A stretch of 63,367 nucleotides of DNA, filler included, from Octopus bimaculoides (GCF_001194135.2; 5 parts of 4 records of this genome joined end to end with filler, not necessarily neighbours in it), one strand, 5' to 3'. Positions 1 to 13,009 are shown, counted from the first letter of the whole stretch. The notes: a model not told the origin generated them from the letters alone. Translations and numbers: made by a program.

Positions 1-42
<42 letters not shown>

Positions 43-489
43 GTATATATATATAATTTATGTTCCGCCTCTCGATTTGACTCAGTAATTATTATTATTA
101 TTATTATTATTATTATAGTCATTATTATGCAGCAAGAGAGAGAGTCTCCTTAAATCTTCGCGAAATCTATATCGTTAGTGTGAGAAAACATTTTGCAGGT
201 GTTTATTAATGCCAAGGTTTACTTGAAACCTATTCATTTCCACTTGCGAACGAAATGTAACAATTGGAACGAACCAATAATTATAACATACGTTATAATT
301 ATATGTTGCCAACCAAATAAATATACACATACTCACAACGGCTCAGGATGCTTCCAACAATCTTTCTCATACACTTATATTGTTAACTGAAACGTCACTG
401 ACCTAGTTACACAGTTCTGAGATAGATAGATATATATATAGATAGATAGATATATAAATAAATAGATAGATAGATAGATAGATAGATAC

Positions 490-525
<36 letters not shown>

Positions 526-649
526 TGAGACACATATAGACAGGCGTAAGTATAATACATATAACTGCATAAGCGTGTGTAAACGCATATATGTGTATAT
601 ATGTAAGTATATATATATAAACACACACACGCACACACATACACATATA

Positions 650-714
<65 letters not shown>

Positions 715-750
715 GTATATATATATGTATATATATGTATATATATATAT
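1..750. repeat. Microsatellite cluster: (TA)n, (ATT)n, (GATA)n, (GA)n, (CA)n
   Basis: Directly visible arrays at about 1-55, 90-115, 420-520 and 620-750; they explain ORFs 375..782, 403..870 and 407..646. Confidence 0.95.
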
Positions 751-1247
751 ATAAACGTCTGGTGTGTGTTGCGTACTGTCACTAATAAATGAAAAAATGC
801 ATTGTAAATAAAAAATGACGGATAAAAAAAACTTACCTGTATAAAATGCAGGGGTTCGTTTGTTCTTCATCAGTTATCAACCAGAATGCTTATATTCGCT
901 TTCGCACCTTTAATGATAAGACCAAAAGTCTTCCCATCGTGGCGTCCCTGCGAAAGACGCAGAAAATCGGGCCTCAAACAATCGAAACGACACAGGATGT
1001 GCTTACGAAAGTGAAAAAATGTAAGTTAAAACGATGGACAATGACGAAACGAGCAAAATACGGCCTTGCAGCCAAAATACAAGAATGTGGGTAACGCTGA
1101 GAAAAAAATCCTGAAGGATATAGAAGACAATAGATAGCAAGACAGAGAAAGTTTTTTTGTGACCGAACCGAGAGGCAGCCTGTGAGAAAGAATGAAGAAA
1201 AACTGACCACCACGGGTCAATGTCAGCAACATGCAGAGAAGAAAGTG

Positions 1248-1250
1248 AGA

Positions 1251-1281
<31 letters not shown>

Positions 1282-1285
1282 GGGG

Positions 1286-1317
<32 letters not shown>

Positions 1318-1335
1318 CAGAGACAGAGAGAGAAG
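1248..1335. repeat. (GA)n/(GAGACA)n microsatellite
   Basis: Direct inspection. Confidence 0.95.
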
Positions 1336-1509
1336 GTAGAGAGACAATAAAGGAAGAAAGGAAAGGGGAAATGAGAAGAGTTACAAATACATGTGAGGGG
1401 GCTAGAGAGAGAGAAAAGGGGAAATTGGCCAGGCTAGAAAAGAAGATACGGAGTGAGAGGTAAGGAGAAGTAGTGGAGTCACAAAGAATATATATAAACT
1501 TACTGTTGA

Positions 1510-1620
1510 TATAATTGCTGCTTTTTAATAAGGCATATTTCTCTACCTCTGGTATTCGAGTACTATATTTTCCCCCTTGTTTCGCATTTATGTGCTTACT
1601 CTCTATATATAATACATGTT
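1510..1620 (+). repeat. Dispersed repeat (gcatatt-ctctacctctggtatt-gagtact family), copy 1 of 3
   Basis: Same sequence at about 4020-4115 (minus) and 39105-39176 (plus); the 39 kb copy is directly preceded by a hammerhead-like motif. Confidence 0.8.
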
Positions 1621-2104
1621 GAAATATGACTGAGAATAGAATCAACTCGAAAGATATAAAAGCTATTAAACACACATATACAAGGTGTGTGTTTTGTGAG
1701 TTCGTGGGTTGTAGATCCAACTGAAACACCCCGACTGCGGATGACACCCGCAGGCCAAAGTGTACCTGTGCACTACTCAACACTTCAACACACTAATCGA
1801 CATTATACCCATTAGTCCAAAGTATTACACATACACACACGGACACACACACACACAGACACAAAACCATACACACACACGCACGCGCACATGAACGCAC
1901 ACATACTTTCCACAAACACAGCACACACTCATTCATACACGCAATTACACATACATGGGAATATACACACACGAACATACACGCACACACACATACTCAC
2001 GCACATGCAAACACACAAACACGGAACGCATACATACTCCACACACACAATCCCACACACAACCTCACGCACACACATACACGCACGCACAGGCACACAC
2101 ACAT

Positions 2105-2200
2105 GCACACACAAATGCATGCACACACAAAGGCATGCACACACAAATGCATGCACACACAAAGGCATGCACACACAAAGGCATGCACACACAAAGGCAT
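2105..2200 (+). repeat. 16-bp minisatellite GCACACACAAA(T/G)GCAT x6 within a CA-rich tract (about 1830-2570)
   Basis: Six consecutive units counted by eye. Confidence 0.9.
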
Positions 2201-2980
2201 GCACAAACACACATAATCAATGTATGCAAACACGTACATATGCATACACACGCACGTACATACTTCAAACTGCTAGTCAAACACCTTTCTACTGACCATT
2301 GCTCTAAACACATGTGAAGAGACACACAACTACACAAATGAACACCACTCCTGTTACCATGCTGCTGAATTCTTCCTACAACATTAAAACGCCCAAAGTC
2401 CACTCACACATATAAACAGCCAAAACCACACACACAACACACACACACGCGCGCACACACGTGCTATTACACACAAAGAGTCTTTCCCGCAAGCACATAC
2501 ACACATCGGCACACACACGTGCTATTACACACACAGACAGACTTGGACGCAAGCACATACACGCACACATGACTCTTTTCTTAGACTCTCCTGTCTTAGA
2601 AAGAATATTTTGTCACCCATTTCCTTCTGGTGATTTAAAAGTGTAACCACATGTAAATCGTTGGCGATTTTCTTCCTCGGTCTTCCTTTCTATTGGACTT
2701 TTCCCCATACGTACATGATCCTTGGTATGAACGTTATTCGTTGCGTTTTGAAGGCTGTTTATATGTTAAAATTTTTGGGGTGCGTGGTGTCAGTTCTGTA
2801 TGTGGTGGATGGGTCTATGTGGAAGTTATTTCTTGAGGAGTTATTGATACGCTAATAGTAATAATAATAATGACAATAATAACAACAGCAACAATAATAA
2901 TAATATGCCAACTTTTGAACTTTGTGATGAGCAGGGAATGTTTGTGTATGCATACATCTATGTATGTACGTATGTGTGAG

Positions 2981-3029
<49 letters not shown>

Positions 3030-3279
3030 TTATCCCTCGCATGTGGTGGCAGTGACTGTTGACTATTTGGGTGTACATGTACAGCCAGCTGGGTATGCGC
3101 ATCTGGACACACATATGTACTCATCTGCACAAGCATGTGTATTGAAGTGTTAATAACTATTTATATGGTTTTATATACTGTTTGTAGGCTTTTTTATGTG
3201 CCTTATATTTTTATATTTTCATTTTTCATTTATTTTTATTTTTACTTTATTCTTATTTTATATTTGTATTGAATTTTGT

Positions 3280-3414
3280 AAATCTCTGAAGAGGCCTAGC
3301 GAATAATGCATGTATCCCCATTACACCATTTTCATCTGCTAATTACTCCGGCACACAGGAGCTATACAGATCGAAGGGGACATGCCAAAGCTAGGCCGAA
3401 CTAGCTGTAAGTTT
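3280..3414 (+). ncRNA. Type I hammerhead-like motif with long stem II insert (degenerate)
   Basis: CTGAAGA 3286-3292; stem II GGCCTAGC 3293-3300 / GCTAGGCC 3390-3397; GAA(A missing)C-TAGCT-GTA; imperfect stem I AAATCT/AGTTT. Confidence 0.6.
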
Positions 3415-3602
3415 CTGTACATTCTCCAATTGCTAAATGTACTTTATATTTGTATCCTTAATTGTTAATATGACATGGTATGTCATAAGCATCTGTATAT
3501 TGTGGTTTTTGTCATTTTAGTTATAAAATAAACAAATTAATCAACGGAATACATTGTCTACAAGTCGATGGATACCGCATATTCTCTTCCATGTTCTCAT
3601 TG

Positions 3603-3635
<33 letters not shown>

Positions 3636-3960
3636 CGTACTTTGGTCGTTTAATTCTGACATGTGTGTATATATTTTCTTCTCTCGGTTATAATACTAGT
3701 ATACATATATTTTGTGGGAATAACGTTTGTGTTTGTGCATATGCATATGTGTGTGAGGGAATGGGTGTGTGTGTGAGTGTGTGTGCGTGTGTGTGTCAGC
3801 GAGTGTGTGTGTGTGCCTTTGTCTATGTTCCTGGAGCTGTGTGTGTATGTATATACACATCACTACATATATATGATGTAAATGTAAAAGAATCGTATAT
3901 TACCTGTTTTATGAGTGTGTGTGCCTATGAATATAATATGATGCAATATAATATAATATA

Positions 3961-4024
<64 letters not shown>

Positions 4025-4139
4025 AAGTACATAAATGTGCAACATGGTGGAAGAAAGAGTACTCAAATACCAGAGGTAGAGTAATATGCTGTATTTCTGC
4101 TCCTTTTAAATAAAGCGTATATATATAAATGTATTTATA

Positions 4140-6660
4140 GACGATAAGAAAATGGAGAAATAAATAACAATGAGAAATGGATCTTTGGTGTTATAAAGCC
4201 ATTATTTAATTAAGATGGGAGTATGATAGAGTAAGTTTACAGCTGTTTCCGTATATTAATATGTGATAAATATATAATTTACCTCGTTGCAATTGATATA
4301 CATATTCAGAACGAAGAAAGCAAAGATAACCGAAAGGGAATAGAGAGGAAGAAAATGTAAGGAAAAAAGCAGGGAGGAGAAAATGGAGGAGGTCTTGTAA
4401 TTAGTTATTGACATATATTACATGTGTCCGTAGTTTCGGCTAGTTACTGCCGGTGTAATCCGAGGGAGTTATCGCTGTTGGGGATATCCGGTGTAGTTCT
4501 ATGGACCAATGTGACACTTATTTATAGGTTGTAAGTTAGTTTGTATATTTTCAATGGAAGCCGTAATATGAAAGTAAAGTTTATATCTAGAATCTAGACG
4601 ATATAGGGTGTAAATGGACTATGTACTGGAATAATGTATAGGTTCGAAGAGTGCATAGAAAAACAATAAAATCGAAACGGGATATATATCACGTGTAAAA
4701 GGAATTGGTAGTCTAGCTCTCGAGATAAATCAAATTATAGGAAAATAGTAAAATCTAGGAAAATAGTAAGCTAGGGTTTTATGTAGAATAAGTATGAAGT
4801 TCAGTAATTAAATTATTTATTATGTGGCTTGTGTAACTAATTGGTATGTACGAATTTTAAAGGGAAGTAATAACAAGTTAAGTAGGTTCGCTATGACATT
4901 TAAATAGGGGATAGCGGTATATAAGGACAAAGTGGGTTTATCTATATTTTGAGAATACGAATCGGCTTTTATGCAAACAAAAAATATTATTTTTATGTCT
5001 CCTATTAAGTAGAGCTGATGTGGCCATTAAAATAAATAGTTTTTCGCTTATATAGAGTTCACAGCACCTATTGTTCATGCTATACGAGGATGTTTTGGCT
5101 AGGATAGGCCACTTTAAATTATAGTTGATATTATTATATTTCAATTCCAAAATGTAGCTACTAAGTCCTGTAGAGATCGCTTTATTTCTATTTCTGAAAC
5201 TAGATTGATGGGAATTATGTAAGTATCATTTCGTTTTTAGTTGCTTCTAAATAAGATTTTTTACGGTTATTTGCGAGTACATCGCATTGGTATATTACAT
5301 TTTTAGTTTTACAAATATTGGAGAATTGACACTTGTTTTTATCTCTGCAACCACATAGATTATTATATTTATTTGTGTGCATGTTGTGTTGAGGGAGGTT
5401 ATTATTTGTCAGGCCGTTGTCCGTGTTATTTGAGGGTGAGCTATTAGGGATGAAATTTATTACGTCTGTCGATTGGTTGCTATGTTTATGTTATTATTTT
5501 TACCTAGTTTCGTAGAAGGCATCTAGCTTATTATTGTTGATCGAGATTATGATAGTAGCCAGGTTACTAGTTAAGCTATGGTCCACTCTAATTGTATTCA
5601 TCAAGATTTCGAAGTATTTCGTATGTAAGTTCAAGTGCATATCTATAAGTCTCATTAGGGAATGTACTATGTTTGTTTTAAGCTGTATCGCGAAAGGGAT
5701 TATTAACCAGATCTTATCGCTGTCTCGTTTATTTTTTAGTATTATTATTATTTACTACATGTTCTCTTGATTGAACGGCAATACCTGTTTTTCTCCGTGC
5801 CACGAAACTACAGTGACCGATAAGGTTTCCATTTAGAGGAGCAGCATTCTGCTTGCACGAAGCTGTTCCAGATGTTGGAGTAGACTTTGTTCGAAACATT
5901 GAACTGTATATATGAGCATGTATATATATATNNNNNNNNNNNNNNNNNNNNNNNNNNNNNNNNNNNNNNNNNNNNNNNNNNNNNNNNNNNNNNNNNNNNN
6001 NNNNNNNNNNNNNNNNNNNNNNNNNNNNNNNNNNNNNNNNNNNNNNNNNNNNNNNNNNNNNNNNNNNNNNNNNNNNNNNNNNNNNNNNNNNNNNNNNNNN
6101 NNNNNNNNNNNNNNNNNNNNNNNNNNNNNNNNNNNNNNNNNNACCAGTGGTCCAGCGAGAATAAAAATTAGTCAGTAGACCATATATATATTATTCATTA
6201 AAATACAGAGACGCCTATAATAGGACATCTAACCCGCTAGAAAGAGCAGCAAAAAACTCTATACCACAAAAATAGGGATAATTTCATTCTCTTTCGAAAT
6301 TTGACAAAATTTTTTCGTAATTAATTCTAATGTCTTATTTGAGATGTTTTTTAGTATTAATAGTGCATCATTCCTGTATAGCCTACCCCTGATATCTGCG
6401 AATTCTTTCGGTAAATATGATAGTAAATACCTAGTAGGTCAGTTATCTGTGCTGAATTCAGTGCCCCCATGGTGATATCGAAGTTATTAGGGGAGTCTTT
6501 CCTAACACACAATTTGTTATCGAAATTTATTATGGATTTTCTCGATTCTAATATTACATTAATTTCATTCATTAGTAGTTGGTATGACTTTTGGCGATTA
6601 TAAGAGCATTATTATGTGCTCCATTTAACCAGTATGCGCCGGCTTTATGTCTGGCTAAGG
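4140..6660 (-). mobile_element. Degenerate Penelope-like retroelement, Naiad-type (RT, thumb, C-terminal GIY-YIG, 3' pLTR-like region); interrupted by a gap at 5932-6142
   Basis: Minus-strand translations: FDITMGALNSAQITDLLGIY then frameshifted VGLYRNDAL (RT motifs, cf. FDVTMGSxDGAE and GLYRDDGL); CGCRDKNKCQFSNICKTKNVIYQCDV and NYNLKWPILAKTSSYSMNNRCCELYISEKLFIL (Zn-finger and GIY-YIG); hammerhead remnant GAAAC-AGCT-GTA at 4238-4249. Confidence 0.85.
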
Positions 6661-8703
6661 CTTCTTAGTCAAATATATATGTTATGTAAGATATAAGTTA
6701 GATGTATGAAAACCATCTAAGGGATATAGCATATAAGTATGCATGGGCATATACGTGTTTGTGATTGTATGTGTTTAATATTGGATTTGTATAGGGTTCG
6801 TCTTGTGAATGTGCGTGCGTGTTTTACATTAGGGCTCATAAATGCATCACACGTTTAATATTTAATCGTTTGCAAATTTCGTATACATTAGATATAGTCG
6901 AATCTTGAATTTATGTTAAAAAATAATTGAGAAGAAACCGAAAACAAATTTCAAAATATGAAAAAAAAACGTGTAAGAAAATGACACAGATATTAACACA
7001 AAAATGCCGATGCATATGGTCAGAAAAATAGAATAAGAGGGGGAAAATGAGAGACAGTTGGGGGGATATAGTTTACGGGAAAGACATAAAAACCTATAGT
7101 AACATTGAAGAAGTAAGGCTGAATTTTAGGTATAATTAATTGCCAAAAGACAAATAACTGAAGATTGTTTTTTTATTTTACTAATAGTATACAACATTTA
7201 TTTTGATATTCTTTGAACGTCTAAAAATCAATTTCTAATTCTGAAATATATAGATAAATTGTGTCTAAAAAATGACATTTTGCTTCTGGAAGAAAATACT
7301 TCAGCATTCTTTGGTGTCCTATTGAATTATAGTGTTTTGTAAACTACAGCAGGAAAAAGAAAACGTTCTATAAATAGATAAAAAATTAAAATAAAATTTT
7401 AAATATCATGGATGATAAGTTGTCTGTAATTAGAGGATGATGCTATTTTTTCATAATCTAAAGAGAATGAAGAATTTACCTGTCACTTTACTAAAGTATA
7501 TTGTATAAAGAGAATAAATAAGAAATTTAGCCACCGAAGTCAATTTAATTATGTTTATATCTATTTTACCACGATCAGCAGACCTAAAATGTTATTGATG
7601 CTTTTTTTTATTTTGAAATAGATAAGAATAGAATTATGGGCTATAAAAATACAAGAGGTTATATACCATCCAGCTGCAACCTATTCGTATTGAATTCTAT
7701 AGAATGTTAAGAAAAGAAGCTCTCTCCATATTGGATAATGTTTACTATTTTATAGCACGAAAATAGCAATAATAATACCGTTATGCTTGAGATTCCCTTG
7801 CTTTTGAAAGCATACTGGTACTGTATAAAATCTATTAACTTATATTTTCATATTGCTCTTGCTGTCATATATGTTTAACAAACGAATAATGTTAATATAT
7901 GAAAATAGGTGAGACAACATTTCAATAATTTACTCAGACAACAATTTTGTGTAAGACACGATTGAACAGAAGGTAGGTATCCGAAAGGAAATTCGTTTTC
8001 TGTCGGACAAAAATGCAATATATTGTGAAATAAGTATCGTCATTACTATAAAAGAAAAAGGCATGCAGACTAATAATCATATTTATGGACGAAATTGTGC
8101 AGAGTTTATCGCCATGTGTTTAGGACTAATTATAGAAGAAGGGTTCAACATTATTAGTTGTAGAACTCATAAGACACATACGACGTTCCATATCATTGCT
8201 TCTTAATTGCCATACTCTCTGAAGAGTGTATATAGTATGTGCATAGAGGCTTTAAATTTGTAAAGAAAAGATATCGTAACCTTTAATTACGAAATTTTCT
8301 TTTAGCTCCAAACACATCAATGTCAAATGTGTATTTAATTAGCCTAGGGTCGATAAAGTAAAGTACTAGTGAAGTACTGGTCTCAATATGAATGATTATT
8401 TATCGGGATTTCTCTCTACGTTCGAAATCAATATGTAGCTTAATGAGGGCACACTGGAAAGAGGAACTACTAATTCCCTTGCCAGTCTAATATGAGAAGA
8501 AATATCAATGCATTACATTATATTATGAACAATTAGAATATACTCAGTGCTGAATATTATTCTGTAAAATCACATGTTGCCGAAGTGTAACTTAAAAATC
8601 CCGCCTCTTTCACGGATATATAAGGATGAACAGGAGTCATTGTAATGTGTTGGGTACATCAGGGTATGTTGATTCTTGTTTATTCTTTATGTGTATGGAC
8701 CAT

Positions 8704-8779
8704 ACGTGCACTGATGAATAAAAGATGCAGCTCACTACAGAGTTTTGCTGTGTTAATTATGAAACCATTGGTTTGCCTT
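8704..8779 (+). ncRNA. Type I hammerhead-like motif, tandem unit 1
   Basis: CTGATGA 8711-8717; stem II ATAA/TTAT plus TGCAGC/GCTGTG; GAAAC 8761-8765; stem III ACC-ATT-GGT; GUU triplet 8771-8773; short stem I GCA/TGC. Confidence 0.6.
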
Positions 8780-9208
8780 TAAGTTAAAAGTTTTTAGGAG
8801 GTTAGCTTTGAAAGTTGCATTCCCTCGCGATCGGTAAAAATGTGCTTATTTTGGTAGTTCTGACTTATGAAGTCCCTCTAAGCGTGAGGCCTTATTGTAT
8901 AGTAATGCCCTTATATAAATTAAATTATATATATTTATGGAAAAACTGATGGGTTTTTTTCCTTATGACCTTTTTTTCACGCTGACTACTTGATAAATTC
9001 TTATAAAGATTTTATCCTTACATTATATTATGAATAATTAGAATATATTCAGTGCTGAATATTATTGTGTAAAAGCACATGTTGCCGAAGTGTAACTTAA
9101 AAAGCCCGCCTCTTTCACGGATATATAAGGATGAACAGACATCATTGTATTGTGTTGGGTACATCAGGGTATGTTGATTCTTGTTTATTCTTCATATGCC
9201 TTGACCAT

Positions 9209-9284
9209 ACGTGCACTGATGAATAAAAGATGCAGCTCACTACATAGTTTTGCTGTGTTAATTATGAAACCATTGGTTTGCCGT
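9209..9284 (+). ncRNA. Type I hammerhead-like motif, tandem unit 2
   Basis: CTGATGA 9216-9222; GAAAC 9266-9270; GUU 9276-9278; stem I ACG(T)GCA/TGCCGT, 6 bp with one bulge. Confidence 0.65.
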
Positions 9285-9420
9285 TAAGTTAAACGTTTTT
9301 AGGAGGTTAGCTTTGAAAGTTGCATTCCCTTGCGATTGGTAAAAATGTGCTTATTTTGGTAGTTTTGACTTATGAAGTCCTTCTAAGCGTGAGGCATTAT
9401 TGTATGGTAATGCCCTTATA

Positions 9421-9745
9421 TAAAACACATCTAAATAAAACTTGAAAAACAGAGTTGGAACTCTTTTAAATAATATATATATATATATATATATATANNN
9501 NNNNNNNNNNNNNNNNNNNNNNNNNNNNNNNNNNNNNNNNNNNNNNNNNNNNNNNNNNNNNNNNNNNNNNNNNNNNNNNNNNNNNNNNNNNNNNNNNNNN
9601 NNNNNNNNNNNNNNNNNNNNNNNNNNNNNNNNNNNNNNNNNNNNNNNNNNNNNNNNNNNNNNNNNNNNNNNNNNNNNNNNNNNNNNTATATATTATTTAA
9701 AAGAGTTCCAACTCTGTTTTTCAAGTTTTATTTAGATGTGTTTTA
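9421..9745. repeat. Perfect 59-bp inverted repeat around (TA)n and an N gap
   Basis: 9421-9479 is the exact reverse complement of 9687-9745; related partial copies at 10060-10096 and about 10290-10325. Confidence 0.9.
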
Positions 9746-10102
9746 ACTGTAGTTGACAGACTGTCTCTTTGTCGTCTGTACACATTCCTTTGGACAGCAG
9801 TAGTAAGTGTTTGGCTATTTTTAGAGATGATGTCAAACCATTTTTCAATGTTTATTTTAGAAATGATGACATTTGAGAGATTTTTGTGTTTTAGTTATCG
9901 GGATAAGATTTTTAAACCCCACGTAAGATTAATTTTATCATTGTTTGATAAGAGTGGGTTTCAATTTCTTGATAGAGTCATTTTCTTTCCGTTTTCTCTC
10001 AATTTCATTCAGGTTGTAATGTTTATGAAATGGAAATATCATAAAAGGTTTCGAGAAGAAAAAGACAGTCAGTCAACTGCAGATAAAACACATCTGCCAG
10101 AC

Positions 10103-10145
10103 GGGACCATGATGATGCTATAAAGCAGGAAACTATACTAGTCCT
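10103..10145 (+). ncRNA. Degenerate minimal hammerhead-like motif in a pLTR-like fragment
   Basis: GGGAC-C(A)TGATGA-TGCT-ATAA-AGCA-(G)GAAAC-TATA-(C)TA-GTCCT; three deviations from consensus. Confidence 0.4.
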
Positions 10146-10379
10146 TATATATTTAATACTCAATATTTCATTTATTCAATAAGACATTCAATACTTCATT
10201 TCATTATACTTCATTTTATTTTACTATTTATATTATATATTCCATATTCTATATCCGACATTAATTTTATAACAATATAAATAAAACGTAAAAAACAGAG
10301 TTGGAACACTTTTGAATAATATATTCCACTATACACTATCATACAAACCCGTTTAAAATTTTTTATTTGCATGTATATA

Positions 10380-10479
10380 NNNNNNNNNNNNNNNNNNNNN
10401 NNNNNNNNNNNNNNNNNNNNNNNTTAATTAATTAANNNNNNNNNNNNNNNNNNNNNNNNNNNNNNNNNNNNNNNNNNNN
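10380..10479. other. Assembly spacer 44N-TTAATTAATTAA-44N (also 39177-39276, 52994-53093, 57747-57846)
   Basis: Identical 100-bp format four times; the linker places TAA in all six frames. Confidence 0.95.
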
Positions 10480-10522
<43 letters not shown>

Positions 10523-10540
10523 TATATGTACATACACATG

Positions 10541-10585
<45 letters not shown>

Positions 10586-11288
10586 CCATGTGGCTGGATG
10601 GGTGTGTATACGACGGACTTATGCTTCTTTTGTGCCCATTAAATTCCACTCAGATGTTTTGATCAACCAGAGAAAATGACAGTATACACTCGCCCAGCAT
10701 TACACTCGGATCGAACCCGCAGCCATACGGTTGCAGACCAGATTTCTTGACGATACAGCTATGTCTAAGCTATTCTACAATTTATTTACACGGAATGCAA
10801 TATGGCGAATCTCGCCGTTAGCAGAAAACTTCAAATTTATTGTCGTTGACCAAATGAAACTCAGACGTACTTTTACAACAACTGGAAATTGGAAACATTT
10901 GTTTTTGCATAATACGTAGACTTAGTCGCCTGGCAGCGTTTCTCTTGCTTTTTAAAATGGTGTTTTGGAAACTTTTTCTTTTGTATCATGAGAAAGACGG
11001 ACTCGTGATGAAAGCTTTGCTGATGTTGATGCTTATTAGAATGGTGCTTCTAAGAGTTCTTTTGTTGGTAAAGTTGAGTAATTTCTATGTTTGATTTGTG
11101 TATAGTGTGGCCGGGAAGAGTTGTACTAAATCCGTGTTATAGAGCGGATGTTAAGAAGGAATAATTCGAAGTCATGGATAAGATTCTCTAGAATTATTTA
11201 GATCACTAATTCCCAACCGGGGTCCACGTAAGAGGTTGTTAAAATTTATGTCCAATAAATTTGTTCATTCGTCTACAATATACAAAAT

Positions 11289-11695
11289 ACTCTCTTTTAC
11301 TCTTTTACTTGTTTCAGTCATTTGACTGTGGCCATACTGGAGTACCGCCTTTAGCCGAGCAAATCGACCCCAGGACTTATTCTTTGTAAGTCTAGTACTT
11401 ATTCTATCGGTCTCTTTTGCCGAACCGCTAAGTTACGGGGACGTAAACACACCAGCATTGGTTGTCAAGCAATGTTGGAGTGACAAACACATGCACACAA
11501 ACATATACACACACATACATATATATAGATATATACGACGCGCTACTTTCAGTTTCCGTCTACCAAATCCACTCACAAGGCTTTGGTCGGCCCGAGGCTA
11601 TAGTAGAAGACGCTTGCCCAAGATGCCACGCAGTGGGACTGAACTCGGAACCATGTGGTTGGTAAGCAAGCTACCTACCAGTTACTCCTGCACCT
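11289..11695 (-). mobile_element. tRNA-derived SINE family A, near full length (resembles octopus OR-type SINEs)
   Basis: tRNA-like head with GGTTCCGAGTTCAGTCCCACTGCGTGGCATCTTGGGC, central (TA)n/(TG)n, tail ending (AAAAGAGT)n; other copies at 30537-31186, 32836-32997, 58874-59140 and degenerate pieces near 14.0-14.4, 17.4, 19.0, 27.1, 54.8 and 58.4 kb. Confidence 0.85.
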
Positions 11696-11779
11696 ATTTT
11701 AACATTTTGTTAATAAAATTCCAAATATTTAACTACGAAAATATAATAGGTTTTTTTTGAGGTTCCTATGGCTGTGAAT

Positions 11780-12900
11780 GTCCAGTAGATTAAAATAGGA
11801 ATGAAAGGTGTCCGTTGGTAAAAAGTTGGAGGAGAACCGCTGATTTAGAATGTTCAGGGTAGGGCATTGGCTCTGTACTTCTTTTGGCATGTGGTATTCC
11901 CGGATTTTGGTTTTGCTGGTATGAGTGGTTGAAGAATTTCGTGAGTACAGTGATTCCTTCAAGACCGAAAGTATTTCTACCCGTATAACTGGGAGTCTGC
12001 CCCACCTTCAAGCAATTCACATTTTATATTTTTTCATTGATTGTGGTATTTCATTGCTGGAAGTGGGGGTTGGGGCGGCGAAATCGTGGCCCCAGTAAAA
12101 AGGCAGTTATTTATCCGTTTTGTGTTTACTGCCTTCTTTTATAGCTGTCGGTGGTTTTTGAACCATATCTGATAGGGGTCTTTGATTTATTGATATATGT
12201 AGACATATTATTTGCCATTGTTATTGTGACATGAAATTTGGTTTGACCATTGTTGTTGTTGTTCATGATGATGATGATGCTAATTACTCTCTACACTATT
12301 TTGTTCTTTGTTCTTTTCTTCATGTTCTATACAAATTCTTGCCAGTTTTTGTTTTTGTTCTTTACTTTACTGTTTTTTTTTTCGTTGTTATTTCTTCGCG
12401 TGGTTGTTTGATGCCGAATTTTATTTTGATTGTTTGTAGTAATGTGTTTGAGGTTGTCCCTGGTTTTTATGAGGTTGGCTATTTTTGGTATGTAATTGGG
12501 GCTGTGTATTTTATGTTTCAAAGTTGGATGTGTTTTACATATGCCTTTATAATTATTTAAATGAACCGCAAGTTCTCTATTTGTGATGGGGACAGTGCTG
12601 AATTCTGAAAGCCTTCACACTGTTTCTTGGCGAAAGAAGTTGCTTTGTACTTTGGTGAAGTTTGTAAAAGTACACTTTCCGTGTACTTATGAATGCGAGT
12701 GTTTATGACGAAAATTAGTATGAGGGCCAACGAGATTTTGGAAATTGTTTGTTGTATCTAGATGTGCGAAGCAGAAGGTTAGTGCTAACTATGAAAGAAC
12801 GTTGTGATTGACTTCAAGAGAACTGTATGTTGGCGTGAATTGCCCAGGATCTAAAGGGAGCCTGGTTGTGGTATTGTCGGTGGTGATGATGACTGTGACA
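11780..12900 (-). mobile_element. Possible highly degenerate LINE ORF2 fragment (Jockey/CR1-like)
   Basis: Frameshifted minus-strand peptides (FGLEGITVLTKFFNHSY; QNPGIPHAKRSTEPMPYPEHSKSA) loosely echo the region just N-terminal to LINE RT domains. Confidence 0.3.
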
Positions 12901-13009
12901 TAAATACTTGTATATGTTAATTAATGTAGATCCTGTATACGTACAATATATCTATCATTATATTCTCTTCTACTCTAGGCACAAAGCCAGAAAGTTTTGG
13001 GGAGGGGCC

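Larger units (their letters stand above)
8513..9424 (+). repeat. Tandem direct duplication, 407-bp units 8513-8919 and 9018-9424 (period 505 bp), each with a hammerhead-like motif
   Basis: About 23 substitutions and no indels by manual comparison (~94% identity). Confidence 0.95.

Noticed and set aside
4938-5400. Selenocysteine (in-frame TGA) in the Naiad-type GIY-YIG zinc finger, reported for some Naiad elements
   Set aside because: The conserved Cys codons I read here and in the 46840-47260 copy are TGT/TGC, not TGA
7150-8500. Possible decayed transposase or gene upstream of the tandem repeat
   Set aside because: No ORF of 60 aa or more and no motif I could recognise
10424-10435. Repeated TTAATTAATTAA as a biological motif or spacer array
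   Set aside because: Always centred in exactly 44+44 N; a six-frame-stop assembly linker
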